Part shown: piece by piece, positions 18,701 to 26,734 of the stretch
How positions within the stretch are numbered: position 1 is the stretch's first letter
Layout: every line of letters starts with the position of its first letter
Source: an uncultured Chloroflexia bacterium
GTDB taxonomy: Bacteria > Chloroflexota > Limnocylindria > Limnocylindrales > CSP1-4
Assembly: GCA_963728605.1 (NCBI GenBank)
Contig: CAVSKS010000009.1
Coordinates: 397,447 to 461,446, forward strand
Direction of reading: 5' to 3'
Length of the DNA stretch: 64,000 nucleotides
Made by a program: the position numbers and the translations under genes
Notes under the pieces: model-generated
Database searches by the model: none
What the model was told of the DNA's origin: nothing
What the model saw: only the letters and a program-made list of their open reading frames with translations

Positions 18701-20160
18701 TCGCCCCCGTACGCGCCGGACAGCGAGCCCGTACCGACGCCAGTGGCGGTGTAGGTGACCGTGCAGCTGGCGCTGGAGGACGTGGCCGCGGCGAGGGTGC
18801 ACGTGGTCGACGTACCCAGGACGCCCGACATCGCGACGCTGCCGGTCGGGACCGTGGGGCTGCCGCTGATGTCGGTCACGGCGACCGTGCACGTCTTGGT
18901 TCCGCCGTACAGGATCGCGCCGGCCGGACAGGTGACGGTCGTGGTCGTCGCGGCGACCACGGGCCCGACCGTCTGGGCAGTGCCGCCGGTCCCGGTGATC
19001 GTCGCCACGCCGTCGCTGCCGGTTCCGGTCGCGGCATTGGCGATCGTCATGAATGTCCCGATGTCGCCCACACCCGGCGTGACGGATACCCGGATCGTCG
19101 CGCTGATGGCGGCCGCGCCGCCGAGGATGGTCCCGGGCGTCCAGGTGACGGTCTGGCCTACGGCCCCGATGCTGCCGCTGGCGGTGCTCTGCGAGACGAT
19201 CGAGATCCCCGCGGGCATCACGACCGAGATGCTCGGGCTGAACAGCGATGAGCCGGCGGTGTTCTGGGCGGTAACCAGGACGTCGTAGACGCTGGCGCTG
19301 CCGTCCTGTGGTGGGTTCGGGCCGCTGACATGGCTCTTGCTCTGGGTGAAGGTCAGCGTGGGGGGGCTCAGGACGACCGTGGCGAGGTTCGCGAAGCTGA
19401 TCGCGGAGCCGGTCATGTAGTCCTTGTTGATCGTCGCCAGGTTCGCAGCCGCGGACGAGCCGAAGAAGAGACGGACCGGCGTGCTCGCCGTGACAAGCCC
19501 TGCTGAGGCTGTGGCAAGCGTGCTGACCGGAACCTGCCAGTCGATGAAGTACTGGCCGCCACCGGCGGCGACGACGCGGGCGCCGGTGCCGACCGCGTTG
19601 AGCGGATCGAACGCTGGTGCGGCGGTGTTGAACTGGTACACATCGGTGATGCCGGTGCCGGGCGCATTGCCGACGTAGACCGTATCGGGCGCTGCGACGG
19701 ACCCGACGGGCTTGCCGTTGACCCCGGTGACGGCCTTGGTCGTCCAGACGCCGGGGCTGTCCTGCGTCGCGAGGAGCACGAGCCAGGTCGCGTTGTCGAA
19801 GCCGCCTTTCGAGGTGTCCACGGGGTTGGTCCCGACCCGCACCCGGAAGAACGCCGTCCCGCCCGAGACGGCCAGGAAGACGGACGTCGACCCGCCACCA
19901 CTGGAACTGATGTCGTACACGGAGCCGACGCCCGACTCTCCCTCGACGTCGGAGATCGGCGTGCCCGTGTCGCTCGTGTAGCTGGTGAACGACGACGGCC
20001 ACGAGATCGGCGTCGCGTTGGGCGGGTTCGGATAGACCGTGCCGGCGTCGACGACGGGTGCGACGAGCAGCAGCTGCGCTGCGATCGCGGCCACGAGCCC
20101 AAGCAGTGAGGAGATCCGCTGGGTGCGCGGACGCGGGTTCGGGGCAACGCGGAACGGCAT
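15781..20160 (-). CDS. giant secreted surface protein (1459 aa) with MBG (YGX-type) tandem repeats, Ig-like domains and a C-terminal TM anchor
   Basis: N-terminal signal peptide (SSLLGLVAAIAAQLLLVAPVVDA). Seven ~81-aa repeats with YGDPNP..F.GFVNGDD.GDL..Y.I....NY.I.F..G.LT[IV]. C-terminal hydrophobic helix plus basic tail (AALLALLGAAAWLASYRRHRPVRVR). Confidence 0.85.
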   Translation of the reverse strand: MPFRVAPNPRPRTQRISSLLGLVAAIAAQLLLVAPVVDAGTVYPNPPNATPISWPSSFTSYTSDTGTPISDVEGESGVGSVYDISSSGGGSTSVFLAVSGGTAFFRVRVGTNPVDTSKGGFDNATWLVLLATQDSPGVWTTKAVTGVNGKPVGSVAAPDTVYVGNAPGTGITDVYQFNTAAPAFDPLNAVGTGARVVAAGGGQYFIDWQVPVSTLATASAGLVTASTPVRLFFGSSAAANLATINKDYMTGSAISFANLATVVLSPPTLTFTQSKSHVSGPNPPQDGSASVYDVLVTAQNTAGSSLFSPSISVVMPAGISIVSQSTASGSIGAVGQTVTWTPGTILGGAAAISATIRVSVTPGVGDIGTFMTIANAATGTGSDGVATITGTGGTAQTVGPVVAATTTTVTCPAGAILYGGTKTCTVAVTDISGSPTVPTGSVAMSGVLGTSTTCTLAAATSSSASCTVTYTATGVGTGSLSGAYGGDSTHATSNGSSAGFTISQAPLTVSTVAAGKTYGDPNPAFSASFSGFVNGDDAGDLGGTLGFSTSATAASPVGTYPVTPSGLTSANYAFTWTPANLTISKASLTITADDAARPYGDPNPTFSATYAGFVNGDDPGDLDTPASLSTTAVASSSPATYPITVSGATDANYDITFVPGTLTVGAAALTVTVMDVARDYGDPNPTFGVTFSGFVNGDDAGDLGGTLTCGTSATSASNVGGYAISCSGYTSSDYAITFVDGTLTVDPVVLTVTPDAQSRDYGAANPPLTVAYSGFVNGDDAGDLSGAPACSTPAVATSPVGTYPITCMVGSLAAANYTFDLSGTATLTVEPADLTITVDSATKTYGAANPAFGVTITGFQNGDTIADLVGTLIFTTSAGSGSSVGSYTVSASGLSSPNYAITFAAGSLSVTKATLTVTPVDTAIPMGDPVPTTFAVDITGFVAGDDDTVVSGSAACTTDATTGDPAGEYTITCTVGTLAATNYDFVIGGTGVFTIGPVTLTVTVNDSSRPYGDPNPAFGVTFSGFVNGDDAGDLGGSLAFATAATLSSPVGTYAVSASGLSSGSYVFDYVDGWLTVDPAAQSISFGALSGATFDDGPISLSATSTSGLPVTFTTSGPCSVSGTTLTISGVGTCVVTAHQPGDANHAAAADVSRSFAVAKATPVVTWADPDDITYGTPLSGTQLNAGASVPGTYVYGPAAGAVLGAGAHTLTVTFTPTDGSNYETVTISVEITVTKANQVITFVAPPDATTDDGPIDLDATSSAGLPITYTATGACSVTGSTLTITGPGTCTVTASQPGNANVAAADPVTVSFTVEGPTTPPSAASPSIALDREATSPGGKVLVTATGFMPGSTVEIWLLAEPGLVATVVADEDGNVSVWITVPTTASDGWLDVEARGVDPEGAVLSLTAPLEVIDIPDTAMLADGSASPSFTVAAALLALLGAAAWLASYRRHRPVRVR
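16936..18652 (-). repeat. array of 7 tandem MBG-type coding repeats (~243 nt each) inside the giant surface-protein gene
   Basis: The DNA block gttgacgaagccgctgaaggtgac.ccgaacg..gggttcgggtcgccgta recurs near 17080-17130, 18070-18125 and 18555-18610, with more diverged copies between. Confidence 0.8.
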
Positions 20161-20347
20161 GTCGGTCGGGACCTCTGGTTTCGACTGATCCGGCGGACGT
20201 GGGCGGTGCCCGCCAGCACCAGGACGATTGGGTTGTCCAATGGACCATGCCGTCCGGCGGGCGTATCCCGCGATGGCCCGATCGTCCGGGCCAAGCAGGG
20301 ACCTGTGGCGTTCTCACCTACGGAGCAGCGGCCCCAGCCGCGTGTGC

Positions 20348-20353
20348 GACAAT
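20348..20353 (+). promoter_or_regulatory. -10-like GACAAT (preceded by TGc) 9 nt upstream of typA ATG (candidate leaderless promoter)
   Basis: Extended -10-like tgcGACAAT; no SD before ATG 20363. Confidence 0.35.
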
Positions 20354-20362
20354 CCGCCGCCC

Positions 20363-22264
20363 ATGAGGATCGAGTCCCGTCCCGCCGTGCGCTCCGACCT
20401 GCGCAACGTGGCCATCGTCGCCCATGTCGACCACGGCAAGACGACGCTCGTCGACGCGATGCTCCGCCAGACGGGTGCCTTCCGGGCCAACCAGGCGCTG
20501 GTCGACCGGGTCCTCGATTCGGGCGATCTCGAGCGGGAGAAGGGGATCACGATCCTCGCCAAGCAGACCACGGTCGATTACGGCGACATTCGCCTCAACA
20601 TCGTCGACACGCCGGGACACGCCGATTTCGGTGGCGAGGTCGAACGAAGCCTGCTGATGGTCGACGCCGTGCTGCTCCTCGTCGATGCGGCGGAAGGGCC
20701 ACTGCCGCAGACCCGCTACGTGCTCCAGAAAGCAATGCAGCGGCACCTGCCGGTGGTCGTTGCGATCAACAAGATCGATCGCTCCGATGCCCGTGCGCCG
20801 GAGGTCCTCGACGCGATCTACGAGCTGTTCATGGACCTAGGGGCGGACGCGCACCAGATCGAGTTCCCGGTCGTGTATACGAACGCCAAGGCCGGGACCG
20901 CCACCCGCTCGCTGGACGAGCCGGGCACGGACCTCCGACCGCTGCTCGACGTCCTCGTCGAGGTCACGCCGCCGCCGACCCACGAGGTTGGCCATCCGCT
21001 CCAGCTCCTGGTGACCAACCTCAGCGCCAACGAGTACGTGGGGCGGATGGCCGTCGGCCGGATCCGGAACGGTCGGATCCGGATGGGCCAGCGGATCGCG
21101 GTGGTCCGCGATGAGCCGGACGACACCGCGGGGACGGTCGAGCCGGGCCGGACGGTGACGCTCAACGGCACGGTGACCAGCCTCCAGACGGCGCGCGGGA
21201 TCGAGCGCGTCGACATCGACGAGGCCGGTCCCGGCGACATCGTCTCGGTCGCGGGACTGCCGGAGGTCACGATCGGCGACACCCTGACGGACCCCTCGGA
21301 TCCGAAACCGCTGCCGCGCCTCGACGTCGACGCGCCCACCCTCCGGATGACGTTCGGGGTCAACACCTCGCCGTTGGCCGGCAAGGAAGGCAAGTTGCTC
21401 ACCTCGCGCCAGATCCGGGCACGCCTCGACAAGGAGGTGCTCGGCAATGTCTCGATCGAGCTCCATCCCACCGAGACCGGCGACACGTTCGAGGTTCGCG
21501 GCCGTGGCGAGCTCCAGCTGGCCGTCCTGATCGAGCAGATGCGTCGCGAGGGCTTCGAGATGACGGTCAGCCGGCCGGAGGTGATCCTCCACGACGTGGG
21601 CGGCGAGACCCAGGAACCCTACGAGCGGGTCACGATCGACATCCCGCCCGATTACATCGGCGAGGTTCAGACGGGCCTTGCCGGCCGGAAGGGCCGGCTC
21701 GAGCAGATGTCGACCGACGCGGACGGGCGGGTCCGGATGGAGTACGTCCTCCCGGTCCGCGGGCTGATCGGCTACCGGGGACAGCTCCTGACCGACACCC
21801 GTGGGACGGCCCTCCTCCACCAGATCGGCGAAGGCTACGGCCCGTGGGCCGGCGAGGTGACCCACCGCACGAACGGTGTCCTGGTCGCCGATCGCAACGG
21901 CACGAGCAACGCCTACGCTTTGTTCAACCTCCAGGAACGGGCGGAGCTGTTCATCGGCGCCGGGGTCGACGTCTACGAGGGCATGGTCGTCGGCGAGAAC
22001 TCGCGGTCGGGCGATCTCGACGTCAACCCGACCAAGGAGAAGAAGCTCACCAACATCCGGACCCACGCCCACGACGAGGCACTCCGGTTGACACCGCCCC
22101 GCCCGCTGACCCTCGAATCGGCGATCGAGTTCATCGCCGTGGACGAGCTGGTCGAGGTCACGCCGGCCTCGATACGGCTCCGCAAGCGCCTCCTGTCGCA
22201 GCACGACCGGCGCCGTGAGCGTGGCCGCGAGGACGACCTCCGCCGGGGCGCCGAAGCTTCGTAG
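20363..22264 (+). CDS. typA: translational GTPase TypA/BipA
   Basis: [44 protein letters not shown]-like domains follow. Confidence 0.95.
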   Translation: MRIESRPAVRSDLRNVAIVAHVDHGKTTLVDAMLRQTGAFRANQALVDRVLDSGDLEREKGITILAKQTTVDYGDIRLNIVDTPGHADFGGEVERSLLMVDAVLLLVDAAEGPLPQTRYVLQKAMQRHLPVVVAINKIDRSDARAPEVLDAIYELFMDLGADAHQIEFPVVYTNAKAGTATRSLDEPGTDLRPLLDVLVEVTPPPTHEVGHPLQLLVTNLSANEYVGRMAVGRIRNGRIRMGQRIAVVRDEPDDTAGTVEPGRTVTLNGTVTSLQTARGIERVDIDEAGPGDIVSVAGLPEVTIGDTLTDPSDPKPLPRLDVDAPTLRMTFGVNTSPLAGKEGKLLTSRQIRARLDKEVLGNVSIELHPTETGDTFEVRGRGELQLAVLIEQMRREGFEMTVSRPEVILHDVGGETQEPYERVTIDIPPDYIGEVQTGLAGRKGRLEQMSTDADGRVRMEYVLPVRGLIGYRGQLLTDTRGTALLHQIGEGYGPWAGEVTHRTNGVLVADRNGTSNAYALFNLQERAELFIGAGVDVYEGMVVGENSRSGDLDVNPTKEKKLTNIRTHAHDEALRLTPPRPLTLESAIEFIAVDELVEVTPASIRLRKRLLSQHDRRRERGREDDLRRGAEAS

Positions 22265-22340
22265 CCGGCCGGTTGCAATACGGGCCATCGCGCCCCGATA
22301 CTGCCGCGACCAAGGAAGGCGACGACTGGAGGTCGGGCAG

Positions 22341-23558
22341 GTGCGGCGTGCGGCTCGGGTGGCGTTCCTCGGCATCCTCGCGACCGGCTGGACGGTTGGG
22401 CTCCCTTCCGCTCAAGCGGGCGCGCCCGCCGAGGTCAGCATCTTCGTCGCGTCCTGGCGGTACTGGATCACTACCGATGAATCCACCACCCGGGAGCGGA
22501 TCTGGTTCGCCATCGACGTCATCAATACGTCGCCGTATCGGGTCGGCGGATATGCGACCGCGAGATTCCAGTACACGATGGGCAGTGGCTACGTCGAGAA
22601 CGCCGTCATCGTGGGCAATCTCTCGCCGGCGAACCTGGCCCCGGGCCTGCACGGGTCGACGCTGACGTCCTACCTCGCGCCAGGTGGATCCAACATCCAG
22701 TCGGTCACGGTCACGGGCGTGACCGCGGGTGGGTATACCCAGCCCGCACCGTTTGGAGCGGTCGGGATGTCGACGACCGGTCCCATCGCCTACAGCCCCA
22801 AGCTCGACGAAATGGCCGTTCCGATCGTCATCCGGAATCGACGCTCCACGCCGGTGACGGTCTGGAAGGTGTCGGCCGCGTTCTTCGCCGCAGACGGCAC
22901 CATCCTGACTGTCGGGAGCAGCGATGTAGACGCAGTTATCGCTCCATTCGATGAGTGGACGATCTGGATCTACGCGGAGGCTCCCGGTATTCCGGTCAGC
23001 GTGCGGCTCGGGATGACCTCCTCGCCGGCGGGCCAGATCGTGACCTGGGACAACTGGTTCCACGACATCGGCACGTCGACGTTCCAGAACGACATTGCCT
23101 GGATCGCGGAGGCGGGGATCACCCGCGGTTGCGAAGCATTCCGCTACTGCCCGATCGCCGGCGTGACCCGGGCCCAGATGGCCAGCTTCCTGGTCCGAGC
23201 ATTCACCCCGACGGCGATCATCAGTGATCACTTCACCGACGACGAGACGAGCACCCACGAGGCCGACATCAACTGGCTCGCGTCGGCCGGTTGGACCACC
23301 GGCTGCGGTGGCGGCAAGTACTGTCCCGACGCCGGCGTCACCCGAGCCCAGATGGCCAGCTTTCTGGTCCGAGCGCTTGAGATACCGCCGACGGCTGCGG
23401 ACTTCTTCACCGATGACGAGGCCAGCACCCACGAGGCGGACATCAACCGCCTGGCGGCCGCCGGCCTGACCTCCGGCTGCGGTGGCGGCAAGTACTGCCC
23501 GACGGCGGGTGTGACCCGAGGCCAGATGGCGGCGTTCCTGCGACGGGCGTTGGAGTAG
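22341..23558 (+). CDS. secreted protein: unknown beta-rich N-terminal region plus 3 C-terminal SLH-like Cys-pair repeats
   Basis: GTG 22341 lies 8 nt after GGAGG. Signal peptide RRAARVAFLGILATGWTVGLPSAQA. The C-terminal triple repeat is shared with the next two genes. Confidence 0.75.
   Translation: MRRAARVAFLGILATGWTVGLPSAQAGAPAEVSIFVASWRYWITTDESTTRERIWFAIDVINTSPYRVGGYATARFQYTMGSGYVENAVIVGNLSPANLAPGLHGSTLTSYLAPGGSNIQSVTVTGVTAGGYTQPAPFGAVGMSTTGPIAYSPKLDEMAVPIVIRNRRSTPVTVWKVSAAFFAADGTILTVGSSDVDAVIAPFDEWTIWIYAEAPGIPVSVRLGMTSSPAGQIVTWDNWFHDIGTSTFQNDIAWIAEAGITRGCEAFRYCPIAGVTRAQMASFLVRAFTPTAIISDHFTDDETSTHEADINWLASAGWTTGCGGGKYCPDAGVTRAQMASFLVRALEIPPTAADFFTDDEASTHEADINRLAAAGLTSGCGGGKYCPTAGVTRGQMAAFLRRALE
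23058..23555 (+). repeat. 3x SLH-like Cys-pair module (coding)
   Basis: F.D...S.HE.DI.WLA.AG.T.GC...YCP...VTRAQMASFLVRA, three copies. Confidence 0.7.
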
Positions 23559-23606
23559 GGCGCCGGCTGGCTCGGCGCGGACTCGTGCCGATCGGCTAAC
23601 GTGCAA

Positions 23607-23630
23607 CCGGACGGCGCGAGGCCGTCCCGG
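23607..23630 (+). terminator. GC-rich hairpin between the first and second anchor-module genes (possible attenuating/terminating stem-loop, no U-tract)
   Basis: ccGGACGGC-gcgag-GCCGTCCcgg: a 7-bp stem extended by 2 bp across a bulge. Confidence 0.25.
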
Positions 23631-23659
23631 AACGGGTCTTCGGGGAGCACCACCAGGGC

Positions 23660-24952
23660 ATGATTTCGCGCCACAGGACGAGTCGGCCATCGGCCCAGCG
23701 GCGCTTCCTTCTCCCGCTCCTCAGCCTGGCTCTGGCCACTTCCGCGCTCGCGGCCTTGCCGGCGGGGCCGTTCGCCACCCGCGCCACCGCCGCCACGGAC
23801 CGGCTGCCGGACCTCCGGATGGCCAAGCTGTCCGACTTCCACATCGTCACCACGTCGTCCGGACGACGCCTGCTGCGGTTCACCGCGCTGATGCTGAACC
23901 TGGGGGCCGGCGCGTTCGAGGTCCGATCGACGCGCCCGAACACCAGCACCCCGTGGGACATCAACCAGGTCGTGTTCGACGACGCCGGAGGCTCCCGCAA
24001 CGTCGACACGACTGCGACGATGACCTACGGCGGCGACGGCCACGGCCACTGGCACATCGCGTCGGTGGTCGACAGCGACCTGTTCAACGAGAACCGCACG
24101 GTCCATGGCTCCAAGATCGGGTTCTGCTTCTTCGATACGACGCTGTGGTCGCCGAGCCTGCCCGGATCCCCGGCATCGCCCCGGTACCGGGAGACCGACT
24201 GCGCCCGCCAGAGCGAGCTGGTCAACACCAGCGGGATCTCCGTTGGCTGGGGCGACCTCTACCAGTGGACGTTGCCGATGCAGTGGATCGACATCACCGA
24301 CGTTCCCGCCGGTGACTACTACTTGCGCTCGATCGTCGATGCACGCGACCGGTTCCTCGAGTCGTCGAACACCAACAACTGCACCTACACCCGGATCCGG
24401 ATCAATGCCAGCGGCACGGGCTACACGGTCCTTGGCACAGGTGCGGTCTGCGTCACGGACTGGGCCACATCGCCATTCGCCGACGACATCGCCTGGCTGT
24501 ACGCGGCGGGTCTCACGACCGGCTGCGGAATCGAGCTGTTCTGCCCCAACCGCGCCGTCCCCCGGGCGGAGATGGCCAGCTTCCTGGTCCGCGCATTCGC
24601 GATCCCCGCATCGAAGGTCGACGCGTTCACAGATGACGACGGCTCGACTCACGAACCCGACATCAACGCCCTCGCTGCCGTGGGACTCACGACCGGCTGC
24701 GGGCCGCCTGGCTACTGCCCGGACCGGACCGTGACCCGGGCCGAGATATCCTCGTTCCTTGCCCGCGCGCTCGGCCTGCCGACCACCACCATCGACTCCT
24801 TCGCCGACGATGAGGGAATCAGCCACGAGTGGGCGATCAACGCCCTCGCCGCCGCCGGGATCACGACCGGCTGCGGTCCGGCGGCGTTCTGCCCCAACCA
24901 GTCGATGCTCCGCGGCCAGATGGCCGCCTTCCTCCACCGCGCGCTGGGATGA
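23660..24952 (+). CDS. lysyl-oxidase (LOX) family copper amine oxidase homologue fused to 3 SLH-like Cys-pair repeats; Tat-like signal peptide
   Basis: LPDL..LLRF, HGHWH (HxHxH Cu site), SKIGFCFFDT, GDLY..QWIDITDV, NTNNC all match the LOX catalytic domain. SAQRRFLLPLL is a twin-arginine-like motif. Confidence 0.85.
   Translation: MISRHRTSRPSAQRRFLLPLLSLALATSALAALPAGPFATRATAATDRLPDLRMAKLSDFHIVTTSSGRRLLRFTALMLNLGAGAFEVRSTRPNTSTPWDINQVVFDDAGGSRNVDTTATMTYGGDGHGHWHIASVVDSDLFNENRTVHGSKIGFCFFDTTLWSPSLPGSPASPRYRETDCARQSELVNTSGISVGWGDLYQWTLPMQWIDITDVPAGDYYLRSIVDARDRFLESSNTNNCTYTRIRINASGTGYTVLGTGAVCVTDWATSPFADDIAWLYAAGLTTGCGIELFCPNRAVPRAEMASFLVRAFAIPASKVDAFTDDDGSTHEPDINALAAVGLTTGCGPPGYCPDRTVTRAEISSFLARALGLPTTTIDSFADDEGISHEWAINALAAAGITTGCGPAAFCPNQSMLRGQMAAFLHRALG
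24476..24949 (+). repeat. 3x SLH-like Cys-pair module (coding)
   Basis: Same module as at 23058-23555, e.g. FTDDDGSTHEPDINALAAVGLTTGCGPPGYCPDRTVTRAEISSFLARAL. Confidence 0.7.
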
Positions 24953-24968
24953 TCGAAAGGGAGATGCC

Positions 24969-26681
24969 ATGACCCGCCAGCTCCGCCGCCGCCTTGGATC
25001 CCTGGTCACGATCGCCGTCCTGGCGACGGGCGCCATCGGGGCGCCAGGGGCGCTGGCCCGTACCTCCACGACCGCGGGCGAGCCTGCCCCGGCACCGACC
25101 GCCCTGGCGGCGGGTCAGCTCCAGTTCAAGTTCATCGATTCGGGGCTGTCCACGCCCGTCGGCATCGTCAACGCGGGTGATAGCAGCGGCCGGCTGTTCA
25201 TCGTCCAGCAACGCGGCGTCGTCCGGGTCGTCAAGAACAATGCCGTCCAGGCGGGGTCGTTCATGAACATCGCCTCGAAGGTGTCCCAGAGCGGCAACGA
25301 GCGAGGACTCCTGGGTCTGGCGTTCGATCCGGACTTCGAGACCAACCGCCGGCTGTTCGCCTACTACACCCGGGCCAGCGACGGCGACATCATCATCTCC
25401 CGCTTCCTTGCCGATCCGGGGCTCGCGACCGTCAACGAGGGCAGCGAGGTGCTGCTCCTGCGGATCGAGCACAGCACATACCCGAACCACAACGGCGGCC
25501 AGCTGGCATTCGGCCCGGATGGCTTCCTCTACGCGGCCATCGGCGATGGCGGCGGGTCGGGCGACCCGTCCAACAACGGCCAGGACAAGAACACCCTCCT
25601 CGGCAAGCTCTTGCGGATCAACCCGGATGGCACCGGTTCCGGCCCGTACAACACGTATTCCGTACCGTCGGACAACCCGTTCGTAGGCGAAGCCGGCTAC
25701 GACGAGATCTGGGACTACGGCCTCCGAAACCCGTGGCGGTTCAGCTTCGACCGGGCGACCAGCAACCTGTGGATCGCCGACGTTGGGCAGAACCGGTACG
25801 AGGAGGTCAACCGCGAGTCGGCGAGCAGCCCTGGCGGGGTCAACTACGGCTGGGACGACATGGAGGGCAAGCACTGCTACGAGAGTGGTTGCTCGTCGGC
25901 CGGCAAGACCCTGCCAATCGCCGAGTACGGGCACACCCTCGGCTGCTCGGTGACCGGTGGGTATGTCTATCGCGGCACGACCCAGCTCGACCTCGTCGGC
26001 AACTACGTCCTCGGCGACTACTGTTCGGGACGCGTCTGGACGATTCCCGCGGGCGGCACCACCCTCACCCAGCGGCTCGACACCAGCCTCTCGATCTCAT
26101 CCTTCGGTGAGAGCGAGTCAGGCGAGCTCTATGCCGTCGACGCGAGTGGCGGCCGGCTGTACCGCGTCGTGGCCCCCGAGTTCAGCGACATCCTAGCCTC
26201 GTCGTTCATCGACGATATCCACTGGCTGTTCTACGCGGAGATCACGTTCGGCTGCGGCGGCACGCGCTATTGCCCGAGGGACCCGGTGACCCGGGCCGAG
26301 ATGGCCTCCTTCCTGACGCGGGTCCTCGACCTGCCGCCAAGCCCTACCGATTACTTCAGCGACGACGAGTCGTCGCTCCACGAGGGCGCGATCAACTCGC
26401 TGGCCCGCGCCGGGATCACCGGTGGCTGCGCGACCAACCAGTACTGCCCGGAGCGGAACGTGCTCCGGGGTGAGATGGCGACCTTCCTCGTCCGGGCGCT
26501 CGAGATCGCCCCGACGGCCACCGATTACTTCACCGACGACGGGTCGTCCAGCCACGAGGCCAACATCAACGCGCTCCGGGCAGCCGGCCTGACGTCGGGC
26601 TGCAGCGCCACCACCTACTGCCCGAATGCCATCGTCACCCGCGAGCAGATGGCGGCCTTCCTGCACCGCGCCTTCGACTGA
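24969..26681 (+). CDS. PQQ-dependent sugar dehydrogenase-like beta-propeller (GSDH/sorbosone-dehydrogenase family) fused to 3 SLH-like Cys-pair repeats
   Basis: ATG 24969 lies 5 nt after AAGGGAG. Signal peptide present. [65 protein letters not shown]. Confidence 0.8.
   Translation: MTRQLRRRLGSLVTIAVLATGAIGAPGALARTSTTAGEPAPAPTALAAGQLQFKFIDSGLSTPVGIVNAGDSSGRLFIVQQRGVVRVVKNNAVQAGSFMNIASKVSQSGNERGLLGLAFDPDFETNRRLFAYYTRASDGDIIISRFLADPGLATVNEGSEVLLLRIEHSTYPNHNGGQLAFGPDGFLYAAIGDGGGSGDPSNNGQDKNTLLGKLLRINPDGTGSGPYNTYSVPSDNPFVGEAGYDEIWDYGLRNPWRFSFDRATSNLWIADVGQNRYEEVNRESASSPGGVNYGWDDMEGKHCYESGCSSAGKTLPIAEYGHTLGCSVTGGYVYRGTTQLDLVGNYVLGDYCSGRVWTIPAGGTTLTQRLDTSLSISSFGESESGELYAVDASGGRLYRVVAPEFSDILASSFIDDIHWLFYAEITFGCGGTRYCPRDPVTRAEMASFLTRVLDLPPSPTDYFSDDESSLHEGAINSLARAGITGGCATNQYCPERNVLRGEMATFLVRALEIAPTATDYFTDDGSSSHEANINALRAAGLTSGCSATTYCPNAIVTREQMAAFLHRAFD
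26181..26678 (+). repeat. 3x SLH-like Cys-pair module (coding)
   Basis: Same module, e.g. [49 protein letters not shown]. Confidence 0.7.
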
Positions 26682-26691
26682 CAAGGGTTGG

Positions 26692-26718
26692 GCCCGGCCG
26701 GCGACCGACCGGCCGGGC
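26692..26718 (+). terminator. strong GC hairpin after the anchor-module cassette (I-shaped terminator candidate, no U-tract)
   Basis: gCCCGGCCGG-cgaccga-CCGGCCGGGc: a perfect 9-10 bp stem, 11 nt after the stop. It abuts the TACAAT hexamer of iscS. Confidence 0.45.
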
Positions 26719-26719
26719 G

Positions 26720-26725
26720 TACAAT
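26720..26725 (+). promoter_or_regulatory. -10-like TACAAT 9 nt upstream of the cysteine desulfurase ATG (candidate leaderless promoter)
   Basis: TAnnnT hexamer; no SD before ATG 26735. Confidence 0.45.
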
Positions 26726-26734
26726 CGCCGCCCG

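Noticed and set aside
23228-25069. 613-aa minus-strand ORF across the LOX gene
   Set aside because: Antisense shadow ORF. The + strand carries exact LOX and SLH-like motifs.
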